DNA of 64,000 bases, taken from NCBI GenBank assembly GCA_905234755.1, contig CAJOIT010000003.1, positions 479,331 through 543,330 on the forward strand, written 5' to 3'. The DNA comes from an uncultured Bacteroidales bacterium. Its GTDB lineage: Bacteria; Bacteroidota; Bacteroidia; Bacteroidales; ML635J-15. Below the pieces are notes generated by a model. It ran no database searches. It was not told the origin of the DNA and saw only the letters and a program-made list of their open reading frames with translations. Numbering within the stretch: position 1 is the first letter of the stretch; every line of letters begins with the position of its first letter. Made by a program: the position numbers and the translations under genes. Shown in pieces: positions 9,981 to 18,338 of this stretch.

Positions 9981-10720
9981 AGCTCGAAGGCGGACACGAG
10001 AAAATACTGGAGCAGATGCGAGAAATCGCAATGAAGCATCCCGAAAAGATACGGATTGTAGAAACTAATGTGGATGCCGATGTTCAGCTTGAGTTCTACG
10101 CTATGATGCAGGATGCGGGAAAATCCGATGTAGAAGAGGATTTGTCTGCTATTTTTGCGCGACTTTCCGATTGTACCGATTTGGAAGATCGCAAGCGAAT
10201 GCTCGTGTCGCTGGCTTGTACTGGCGAGATAGAGGCGTACAGGTTTCTGGAAAAGTATCTCGAGTCATGCGATGATGACATTAGGAAGTGGGCGATGCTT
10301 GCATATCAGCAATGCCAGATGTTTCTTGAGTCGTCGTTGCTTGATGAGTCGAAGATATATGTAGCATCGGGACTTGGTGGCAAGGATCATCGCTTGAGGT
10401 ATATATTTGTGCTTGGCGGTGTTTCTAAGGAGCCGTATACCGATTTCCAGAAAAAGGTAATTGCCAACGAGACGAAATATTACCTCGAGAAATGCGATTC
10501 GGTGGATGAATCCATACAGTATGATGGCAATTATGCAATTTGTACGGCGTTAATCCCGATTTACGAGGATGTTGTCGCTTTGGTGCAGAGCATAATTGAT
10601 GAGGTAAACCAGTATGGCGGTTTTGTAAAACATAGCATATTCATTACCAACGAGAAACCCGTCGGTAAGAATGTGCTAGACAAAATGTTTGATTCTGATG
10701 AAGACGGTAAAAATAGATGA
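9977..10720 (+). CDS. hypothetical cytoplasmic protein
   Basis: 247 aa. ATGA overlap with the upstream gene. I recognise no motif. Confidence 0.55.
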   Translation: MKLEGGHEKILEQMREIAMKHPEKIRIVETNVDADVQLEFYAMMQDAGKSDVEEDLSAIFARLSDCTDLEDRKRMLVSLACTGEIEAYRFLEKYLESCDDDIRKWAMLAYQQCQMFLESSLLDESKIYVASGLGGKDHRLRYIFVLGGVSKEPYTDFQKKVIANETKYYLEKCDSVDESIQYDGNYAICTALIPIYEDVVALVQSIIDEVNQYGGFVKHSIFITNEKPVGKNVLDKMFDSDEDGKNR

Positions 10721-11378
10721 TTCGTGGTACGAACGGCTAAAGGATGAATTTTCGAGCGATTATTTTGCTCAACTGAAGAGTTTTCTTGTTGCCGAAAAAC
10801 AGCAGTATGTGGTTTTTCCTCCGGGAAGTCAGATTTTTAATGCCTTCGATACAACTCCATTCGACAAGGTGAAGGTTGTAATTCTTGGTCAGGACCCGTA
10901 TCATGGTCCAGGACAGGCTCATGGATTGTGCTTTTCTGTACAATATGGCGTGCAGATACCAAAATCCTTACAGAACATTTACAAGGAACTCAATAGCGAC
11001 ATAGGTTTCCAGATTCCCAATCATGGTAACCTAACGCATTGGGCAGAGCAAGGCGTTTTTCTGCTCAACGCAACACTTACAGTGCGTGCGCATCAGGCAG
11101 GTTCGCATCAGAACAAAGGTTGGGAGAGGTTTACCGACAAGGTGATTTCTATACTCAACGAGCAGAAAAATAATCTAGTTTTCCTGTTGTGGGGAAACTA
11201 TGCCAAGGCTAAATCTTCGCTTATAGACCATAATCGGCATCTTGTGCTCACTGCGGCTCATCCATCGCCATTGAGCGCTCATAGCGGTTTCTTCGGATGC
11301 AAGCATTTCTCGCAGGCAAATAACTACTTGAAAGCGCATAGCATTGCTCCGATTGACTGGAGCCTTGAGAATGTGTAG
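10698..11378 (+). CDS. ung: uracil-DNA glycosylase (family 1)
   Basis: GQDPYHGPGQAHGLCFSV and HPSPLSA motifs. The ATG at 10698 is preferred over the TTG at 10689. Confidence 0.95.
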   Translation: MKTVKIDDSWYERLKDEFSSDYFAQLKSFLVAEKQQYVVFPPGSQIFNAFDTTPFDKVKVVILGQDPYHGPGQAHGLCFSVQYGVQIPKSLQNIYKELNSDIGFQIPNHGNLTHWAEQGVFLLNATLTVRAHQAGSHQNKGWERFTDKVISILNEQKNNLVFLLWGNYAKAKSSLIDHNRHLVLTAAHPSPLSAHSGFFGCKHFSQANNYLKAHSIAPIDWSLENV

Positions 11379-11382
11379 TATT

Positions 11383-11445
11383 GGGCTAAAAGGCGAGCTG
11401 GCAAAAAGCCTAAAAGTTTTATGGCTTAAGGTCTTCGAGCCTTAG
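11383..11445 (+). repeat. intergenic word-repeat element (module a)
   Basis: 11383-11416 matches 27732-27765 at 29 of 34 positions. Confidence 0.65.
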
Positions 11446-11514
11446 TATTTCATACAGAAATTAAAAATAAAATACCAATTAACTTTGCAGAAATAAATTT
11501 AAAACGAACAAGGC

Positions 11515-12330
11515 ATGAAACGATTTTCAATAATGCTGATTTTGCTGTTGCCCATGTGCTTTGCCATGGGGCAGAAAACATCTTTAGAGCGCTCGAAAGT
11601 ACCTATATATATTAATACAGGAATAGGGATGGGTACAGCCAATTATTACGATGCTGGCGTGTCGCCACTGCGCTATCATGGTGTAGGATTGGGCGGAGAT
11701 ATGGGTGTCACAGTGGACTGGAGCCGTTTCCAAGCATCGCTCGAAGGTCGGGTTGAAGGTTGCTTGGGCGCAGGAAATAAGGCTGATAGCAGTGCTGGTG
11801 CATACGGTGTTACCATTATGCCAAGAACTTCGTTTATGGTTCGTTTTGCCGAACCGGTTGAGGGGTCGCTTAGACTGTGGGCTGGCGCTTCAGTAGGTTC
11901 TTACATTGACATGCGAATCAACCGAAAAATGATGAATGCCGCTGTCGGACTTACGATGATGTTTAATCTATATGGTAATTTCCGCCTCGAATATGATATA
12001 CCGTCGCGGCGCAGAACAGATTTGTTTACCTTGACAGCCGACATTTCGCTGCCGCTTATGGGGATTGGCGAACGACCGGGCTATGCCTATGTTTACAACG
12101 CAACATCATCAAACGACCCGGTGGAGTATCTTTTGGACAGCTATGAATTTTTCGGTATTTTCATGTCTGGAGCAACGACCGATATTGGATTTTACTTTAA
12201 TCTTAAAAACCGCAACAAAATCGGACTTAACTATCGTTGGGACTATTGTACAACCCGTCATGCTTCGGCACATCGTTTCGACAATGCCTATCATATTGTG
12301 TCACTTAAGTTAATGTTTAATATCAATTGA
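11515..12330 (+). CDS. putative outer-membrane beta-barrel protein
   Basis: 271 aa with a signal peptide, alternating beta-strand pattern and aromatic C-terminus. TAnnTTTG at 11480-11487. Confidence 0.55.
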   Translation: MKRFSIMLILLLPMCFAMGQKTSLERSKVPIYINTGIGMGTANYYDAGVSPLRYHGVGLGGDMGVTVDWSRFQASLEGRVEGCLGAGNKADSSAGAYGVTIMPRTSFMVRFAEPVEGSLRLWAGASVGSYIDMRINRKMMNAAVGLTMMFNLYGNFRLEYDIPSRRRTDLFTLTADISLPLMGIGERPGYAYVYNATSSNDPVEYLLDSYEFFGIFMSGATTDIGFYFNLKNRNKIGLNYRWDYCTTRHASAHRFDNAYHIVSLKLMFNIN

Positions 12331-12332
12331 TT

Positions 12333-13364
12333 ATGAAAAATATACATATAGCACTAGCATTCATTGCCTTTGTTTTGCTGTGTTCCTCCTGCGAAAAGGC
12401 TTTTATGGAAAAGGAAACAAGTAGCGAGCCAGTTTCAACTTTCGAATATTTGTGGAAAACTGTTGATGAGAATTATTCGTTCTTCGATGTGAAAGGTGTA
12501 GATTGGGATTCGGTTTATGCTGTATATAGTCCCAAAGTTTCGGAAAACATCAGCGACGACAGCCTATTTAGCGTTCTGGGCGCAATGCTCAACACATTGA
12601 ACGATGGACACACCAATTTGGTCTCTCCATTTGATATTTCGCACAACGAACTGGTTTACCGTAAGATGTACGAGAATAATAATATAAATACCGATGTCGT
12701 TGTACTCAATTATCTTACAATAAATTACCACACAACGGGGGCTTTTGCGCATAATGCTTTGCGTGATGGAAAGATTGCGTATCTGCGCTATTCTTCTTTT
12801 TCAAATTCCATTGCTGATGACGATTTGGTTTATCTCGTAAATAAATACAAAAATACCAAGGGTATGATAATCGACTTGCGTCAGAATGGCGGTGGCAGTG
12901 TGGATAATGTGTGGAATTTGATGAAATTGTTCCCCAGTGGAACTCGCGAACTATATAAGACGCAGATTAAGAATGGTCCTAAGCATGATGATTTTTCCGA
13001 TATTACCATTGTAAAGCAGCCCGAACACGATGAGAAGACAATATACGGACATCCGATAGTTGTTCTTACCGACAGAGGTTCGTACAGCGCGACATCTTTC
13101 TTCTCGTTGTGTATTAAGTCCAATTTTCCTGAAGCAACCATAGTGGGCGATACCACCGGCGGCGGTCTTGGACTTCCAAATGGCGGCGAATTGCCAAACG
13201 GATGGACATATCGCTTCTCAATCACTCGCACACTCGACAACGACGACAACAACTACGAAAATGGAATGCCACCTGATGTTACTGTCATTCTTGACCCTGT
13301 ACAAACAGCCCAAGGCATTGACAATGTGATAGAAACGGCTTGTGATATTCTGTTGAACAAATAA
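12333..13364 (+). CDS. S41 family peptidase lipoprotein
   Basis: Lipobox LLCSSC, DLRQNGGG motif, and the S...K region (SYSATS). Confidence 0.8.
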   Translation: MKNIHIALAFIAFVLLCSSCEKAFMEKETSSEPVSTFEYLWKTVDENYSFFDVKGVDWDSVYAVYSPKVSENISDDSLFSVLGAMLNTLNDGHTNLVSPFDISHNELVYRKMYENNNINTDVVVLNYLTINYHTTGAFAHNALRDGKIAYLRYSSFSNSIADDDLVYLVNKYKNTKGMIIDLRQNGGGSVDNVWNLMKLFPSGTRELYKTQIKNGPKHDDFSDITIVKQPEHDEKTIYGHPIVVLTDRGSYSATSFFSLCIKSNFPEATIVGDTTGGGLGLPNGGELPNGWTYRFSITRTLDNDDNNYENGMPPDVTVILDPVQTAQGIDNVIETACDILLNK

Positions 13365-13490
13365 TTTTGAATCATTGAACCTTTGAATTATCAAACCTAT
13401 AAACAACATCAAACAACCAGAACGGCGTACTTCGACTTCCCTTCGACAGGCTCAGGGGGCGGCTCAGTACAAGTAGCCCTCAACGAAGTA
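13365..13490 (+). repeat. intergenic word-repeat element (module d plus duplicated CTTCGAC and GGCTCAG words)
   Basis: TTGAATCATTGAACCTTTGAATTATCAAACC...CAAACAACCAGAACGGCGTA. Confidence 0.55.
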
Positions 13491-13674
13491 TAACATAGGA
13501 ACCCTGAAACTTTTTCTTTTGAACAATTTTCCCCCAATACCTATGTTTATTATTGCTTTCGGTTGTTCATAAATATTGAAACAAATCGGTGGTCGAACGG
13601 TAAAAAAGCCGTAAGTTTGAAACTTGTTTGTTAGGATGGAGTTTTTTGTCCTGACGAGATGTAAATTGTTGAAA

Positions 13675-15078
13675 ATGAAGATAAAATTTATTGGTGCAAC
13701 ACGCGAGGTTACTGGTAGCAAGCATTTGATAATTACCGATTCGGGAAAGAAGATTCTTCTTGACTGCGGAATGTTCCAAGGCAAGGGAATGGAAACCGAT
13801 GCAGCTAACCGAAATCTGGGCTTCGAACCATCCGAAATTGACTATGTGCTTGTGTCACATGCTCATATCGATCATACAGGACTTATACCTTATATTTATA
13901 AGAACGGTTTCAACGGCAAGGTTATATGTACGCCTGCCACCAAGGACCTTTGCTCGATAATGCTTCCCGACTCGGGATTCATTCAGGAACTCGATATAAA
14001 GTGGTACAACAAGAAGCTGTTCAAGCAGGGGCTTCCGCGCGTGAACCCGATATACACCCACATGGACGCCGAGCAGTGTATGAAGATTTTTGTAGCGGTG
14101 CCATACGACAAGGACTATAAGGTTGACGAGGGCATAACCGTGCGTTTTACCAATAGTGGACACATGCTCGGAAGTGCGGTGGTTAACATTACTTTGGAAG
14201 AAAACGGCAAGGTCACTCGTATTGCCTACACTGGTGATGTTGGTCGTCCGCACAACAGGATTGTGAAGCCGCCGGTACCGTTTCCACAGGCCGACATTCT
14301 CATCACCGAGGCAACTTACGGCAACCGCATCCACGAGCAGGATAGGGAAACAGAACTTGACCTGTACAATGTTATAAACAACACTTGCGTGCAAAGAGGC
14401 GGAAAACTTATAATTCCTTCGTTCAGCGTTGGCCGTACACAGGAAATTGTGTATATGCTCAACAATTTCTACAACGAGGGCATTCTTCCAAAGATTGACA
14501 TTTATGTCGATAGTCCGTTGTCGGTGGATGCTACCGAAATCTTCAAGATGCACAAGGAATGCTATAACGAAGGCATTATCGAGACCATGAAGGATGATCC
14601 GCACCCGTTCCATTTCGATACTTTGCATTATGTGAGAAGTGCGGAGGAATCTAAGGAGCTGAACACCACCAAGAAGCCTTGCATAATAATCTCGGCATCG
14701 GGTATGGCCGAAGCTGGTAGGGTGAAGCACCACATTGCAAACAGCATCGAGGATTCGCGCAACACGATAATGCTTGTCGGTTATTGTGCTCCGGAAACTC
14801 TTGGCGCAAGAATACAGGAAAAAGGTCTGCACGAAATTTCAATATTCGGCCTTGTTCATCCGCTGAATGCCGACATCGAGAAAATTGAATCGTTGAGCGG
14901 TCACGGCGACTATATTGAAATGGGTGATTTCATTTCGTGCCAGAATCCCGAAAAGTTGCGCAACATATTCCTTGTTCACGGTGACTACGATGCACAGAAG
15001 TTCTACCGCGAATATCTTATGAGCAAGGGATATAGCAACATACAGATTCCAAAGTGCGGAGACGAATTTTACTATTAG
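13675..15078 (+). CDS. MBL-fold / beta-CASP RNA-metabolising hydrolase
   Basis: MKIKFIGATREVTGS start and HAHIDHTG motif, with a beta-CASP-type C-terminal half. The upstream extension to 13624 is judged spurious. Confidence 0.85.
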   Translation: MKIKFIGATREVTGSKHLIITDSGKKILLDCGMFQGKGMETDAANRNLGFEPSEIDYVLVSHAHIDHTGLIPYIYKNGFNGKVICTPATKDLCSIMLPDSGFIQELDIKWYNKKLFKQGLPRVNPIYTHMDAEQCMKIFVAVPYDKDYKVDEGITVRFTNSGHMLGSAVVNITLEENGKVTRIAYTGDVGRPHNRIVKPPVPFPQADILITEATYGNRIHEQDRETELDLYNVINNTCVQRGGKLIIPSFSVGRTQEIVYMLNNFYNEGILPKIDIYVDSPLSVDATEIFKMHKECYNEGIIETMKDDPHPFHFDTLHYVRSAEESKELNTTKKPCIIISASGMAEAGRVKHHIANSIEDSRNTIMLVGYCAPETLGARIQEKGLHEISIFGLVHPLNADIEKIESLSGHGDYIEMGDFISCQNPEKLRNIFLVHGDYDAQKFYREYLMSKGYSNIQIPKCGDEFYY

Positions 15079-15081
15079 AAA

Positions 15082-15534
15082 ATGGACGAGAAAAGGCTTA
15101 CGCCGCACGACATATTGAAGAACTATCTGGAAAGCCATTCGTTGAGGAAAACACCTGAACGTTTTGCTATACTCGATGAGATATACTCCGATTCGGGACA
15201 TTTCCGCATTGAGACGCTTTACGAGGCAATGAAGAACAAGAACTATCATGTGAGTCTTGCAACCTTGTACAACAATATTGATATTCTGATAGATGCTGGA
15301 CTTCTCGTAAAGCATCAGTTTGATAAGGGCAATACCTACGAGAAGACCATGGACAACATCAAGCACGACCATTTTATATGCCGTCAATGCGGAAAAATAT
15401 ACGAGGTGTCGCTGTCGAAAGTTGAGGATGTGAAGGATGAGGTTTCGCAGAAATATGGTTTCGATGTGGCTTCGCACTTCCTGACCGTTTATGGTATATG
15501 TAGCAATTGTAAAGAATTAAAAAACAGAAAATAA
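15082..15534 (+). CDS. fur: Fur family transcriptional regulator
   Basis: 150 aa with a winged-helix N-terminus and two CxxC pairs (CRQCG, CSNC). Confidence 0.85.
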   Translation: MDEKRLTPHDILKNYLESHSLRKTPERFAILDEIYSDSGHFRIETLYEAMKNKNYHVSLATLYNNIDILIDAGLLVKHQFDKGNTYEKTMDNIKHDHFICRQCGKIYEVSLSKVEDVKDEVSQKYGFDVASHFLTVYGICSNCKELKNRK

Positions 15535-15541
15535 AACAGCA

Positions 15542-16813
15542 ATGAAAGTAGATGTCTTATTAGGTATGCAGTGGGGCGACGAAGGCAAAGGAAAAATTGT
15601 CGATGTGCTTACGCCGCAGTATGACATTATTGCCCGTTTCCAGGGCGGTCCGAATGCAGGACATACGTTGGAATTCAACAATATAAAGCATGTCCTTCAC
15701 ACTATTCCGTCGGGAATTTTCCGTCCGAAAGCCATGAACATTATTGGTAATGGGGTAGTGGTTGACCCTGTAATCTTGAAGGAGGAAATCGAGTCGGCGA
15801 TGAAGCTCGGCGCAGACTTGCACAATAATTTGTTAATCAGTAAGAAAGCACATTTGATAATGCCGTCCCATCGTCTTTTGGACAAGGCATACGAGGAATA
15901 CAAGGGTGCTAGCAAGATTGGTTCCACGCAGAAAGGCATTGGTCCTACATACACAGACCGCACAGCTCGTATTGGTCTGCGCATGGGCGACATGTTCAGT
16001 TCTGATTTCGTGCAGAAGTACAACACCACAAAGGCTCACCACCAGAAAGTTATGGTTGGCTACGGTTTCACCGAAACAAACGAGGACTACGAAAAATTGT
16101 GGTTCGAGGCAATTGACTACCTCAAGACTTTCAACTTTGTGGATTCCGAAATATATGTCAACAAGGCATTGGCAGAAGGCAAGTCCATTTTGGCAGAAGG
16201 CGCTCAGGGTTCTATGCTTGATGTCGATTACGGTTCATATCCATTCGTAACATCTTCGAACACATTGGCTTCGGGCGTATGTTCTGGTATAGGTGTTGCT
16301 CCATCGAAAATTGGAAAGGTTTATGGTATTGTGAAGGCATACTGCACGCGCGTTGGCAGCGGTCCGTTCCCGACCGAACTTTTTGATGAGACAGGTGAAA
16401 CCTTGCGCAGAATTGGTAATGAATTCGGAGCAACAACAGGTCGTTCGCGTCGTTGCGGTTGGCTCGACTTGGTGGCTCTCAAGTATGCTGTTATGCTTAA
16501 TGGTGTTACCGACATCATTATCACTAAAGCCGATGTTATGAATGATTTCGACAAGTTGAAAGTGGCTGTTGCATACAAGATTAACGGTAAGGAAGTGGAT
16601 TATGTTCCTTTCGAGATGAATGAAGACATTGAACCTGTTTATATCGAGTTTGACGGATGGAAGCAGGATATTTCAAAGTGCCAGAGTGAAGCCGATTTGC
16701 CAAAGCCGTTGAAGGATTACCTGTCGTTCATAGCAAAGGAAACTGGCGTGAGAATATCTTACTTGTCGGTTGGTCCCGACAGGGTTCAAACATTAAAGGT
16801 TAATATTGAATAA
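15542..16813 (+). CDS. purA: adenylosuccinate synthase
   Basis: GMQWGDEGKGKIVD P-loop and GIGPTY, TTGRSRRCGW motifs. Confidence 0.97.
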   Translation: MKVDVLLGMQWGDEGKGKIVDVLTPQYDIIARFQGGPNAGHTLEFNNIKHVLHTIPSGIFRPKAMNIIGNGVVVDPVILKEEIESAMKLGADLHNNLLISKKAHLIMPSHRLLDKAYEEYKGASKIGSTQKGIGPTYTDRTARIGLRMGDMFSSDFVQKYNTTKAHHQKVMVGYGFTETNEDYEKLWFEAIDYLKTFNFVDSEIYVNKALAEGKSILAEGAQGSMLDVDYGSYPFVTSSNTLASGVCSGIGVAPSKIGKVYGIVKAYCTRVGSGPFPTELFDETGETLRRIGNEFGATTGRSRRCGWLDLVALKYAVMLNGVTDIIITKADVMNDFDKLKVAVAYKINGKEVDYVPFEMNEDIEPVYIEFDGWKQDISKCQSEADLPKPLKDYLSFIAKETGVRISYLSVGPDRVQTLKVNIE

Positions 16814-16814
16814 A

Positions 16815-17159
16815 ATGGAAATTACCAATGATTTTTTGAAGGAAACTCCGTTTGCAGTAACGGTCTGTGATAACGATGGTATTATCGTTTACATGAACGA
16901 CAAGGCTGCTGCAACATGGGAGGCTCGTGGAGGCGCTTCTCTCGTAGGCAAGTCACTGTACGACTGCCACGGCGAAAGGGCAACGGCAATGATAAAGAAT
17001 ATGCTTGCAACAGGAATTACAAACGCCTATACCATATCGAAAAACGGACAGAAAAAACTCATTTATCAGAGTCCGTGGCATAAGGATGGCAAGGTTGCTG
17101 GACTTGTGGAATTGTCGATTGTCATTCCCGAGGAAATGCCGCATTTCGTAAGAGGATAA
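16815..17159 (+). CDS. PAS domain protein
   Basis: 114 aa. The stand-alone PAS-like fold pattern is a tentative call. Confidence 0.55.
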   Translation: MEITNDFLKETPFAVTVCDNDGIIVYMNDKAAATWEARGGASLVGKSLYDCHGERATAMIKNMLATGITNAYTISKNGQKKLIYQSPWHKDGKVAGLVELSIVIPEEMPHFVRG

Positions 17160-17162
17160 AAG

Positions 17163-17255
17163 GAATTTACGATTTTTTGATTGGCTACGCCGAGCTAAAG
17201 GTTTACGATTTACGATTGAATTTAGAATCATCAAATTATCGAATCTTTGAATCTT
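17163..17255 (+). repeat. intergenic word-repeat element (modules b and d)
   Basis: TTGGCTACGCCGAGCTAAAGGTTTACGATTTACG, then GAATCATCAAATTATCGAATC. Confidence 0.65.
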
Positions 17256-17271
17256 TTTAAAATAAAAGTAC

Positions 17272-17279
17272 TATCTTTG
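17272..17279 (+). promoter_or_regulatory. TAnnTTTG box (TATCTTTG)
   Basis: 26 nt upstream of the PorP/SprF ATG at 17305. Confidence 0.5.
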
Positions 17280-17304
17280 CCGTTTGTTTGCAAATAGCTG
17301 CCTT

Positions 17305-18330
17305 ATGCAGAGGATTTGGTGCTTAATATTGATTTTTAGCGTTTTATGCCTGTTGACGGCAAAAAAATCAAATGCACAGGATGCTCCTGTGTACGAGCAG
17401 TATGTCTTCGACAATACGCTTCTTAATCCGGCATTTGTAGGTCTTGTGGATATAATAGAGCTAAAGGCGGCTCATCGTCAGCAATGGATTGGTATGGGTA
17501 CGAGAAATACGCCTAGTACGACTTTCCTTATGTTCCGTTCTCGTCTAAAGGATAGGGATGGAGGTTTGGGAGGTTTCCTTTATACCGACAGAAATGGTGT
17601 AAACTCGCAGACAGGACTGCAACTTAACGGTTCTTTTCAGTTCCTCATGCGTACCAAGCGTAAGACGCGTACAATCCTTTCGTTCGGTTTCGGCGCCACA
17701 ATATTCATGCATACATACGATGAATCCAGTTTCGACCGTGATATTTACGACCCAATTGTTAATTATGGCAAGAGAAACTATTTGGGATACGATGCTAATT
17801 TCGGCGTGTTGCTTACTCATGGTGGCCTGATTGCTGGCATTAGCTTCAATAATATGCTTCAGTGGACTTGCCCTGTGTACAATGTCGAGCTTGAGCGTTC
17901 TCCTAGCGTCAACATGAATGTACATGTGGGAAAGACTTTCTGGCTTGCCGCAGGCGTGCAGTTGTGTCCGCTTTTCATTTACAAGACCAATATGAAGAAT
18001 CTTAATCAGATTGACCTTGGCGTAAGACTTAAGTTCTTGTCTGGCAATAAGATTCGAACAGTTTATACCAAGGATGAAAACGAATTTGTCATTGGTCTTA
18101 CATATAAGCAGACTCTTGATGTGGGAAATGTAAGTCCGCTTTCGGTTTCACCGATGGTAGGCTTTATAATGAAGGGAATAACTGTGTCGTACTTGTGCGA
18201 TATTGGTCTTACAAGTCTGCAGAGATATAACTATGGAACCCATCAGATAGCATTGGGATTCAGGTTGTATCGCGACAAGTTCACGACTCTCGACAAGCAT
18301 AATGTTGCATCAATGGTTTACGATTTTTAG
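17305..18330 (+). CDS. PorP/SprF family type IX secretion system membrane protein
   Basis: Signal peptide, then QDAPVYEQYVFDNTLLNPAF, the typical PorP/SprF N-terminus. TAnnTTTG at 17272-17279. It sits directly upstream of a type-B CTD cargo. Confidence 0.85.
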   Translation: MQRIWCLILIFSVLCLLTAKKSNAQDAPVYEQYVFDNTLLNPAFVGLVDIIELKAAHRQQWIGMGTRNTPSTTFLMFRSRLKDRDGGLGGFLYTDRNGVNSQTGLQLNGSFQFLMRTKRKTRTILSFGFGATIFMHTYDESSFDRDIYDPIVNYGKRNYLGYDANFGVLLTHGGLIAGISFNNMLQWTCPVYNVELERSPSVNMNVHVGKTFWLAAGVQLCPLFIYKTNMKNLNQIDLGVRLKFLSGNKIRTVYTKDENEFVIGLTYKQTLDVGNVSPLSVSPMVGFIMKGITVSYLCDIGLTSLQRYNYGTHQIALGFRLYRDKFTTLDKHNVASMVYDF

Positions 18331-18338
18331 AATTGCCT

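Noticed and set aside
13855-14832. 325-aa antisense ORF, and similar long shadow ORFs (474..989, 6957..7625, 14839..15477, 36754..37287, 38316..38960, 44900..45502, 45512..45994)
   Set aside because: Each lies opposite a gene with clear family motifs, has a low-complexity or Arg/Cys/His-rich translation, and has no start context. These are typical antisense shadow frames.
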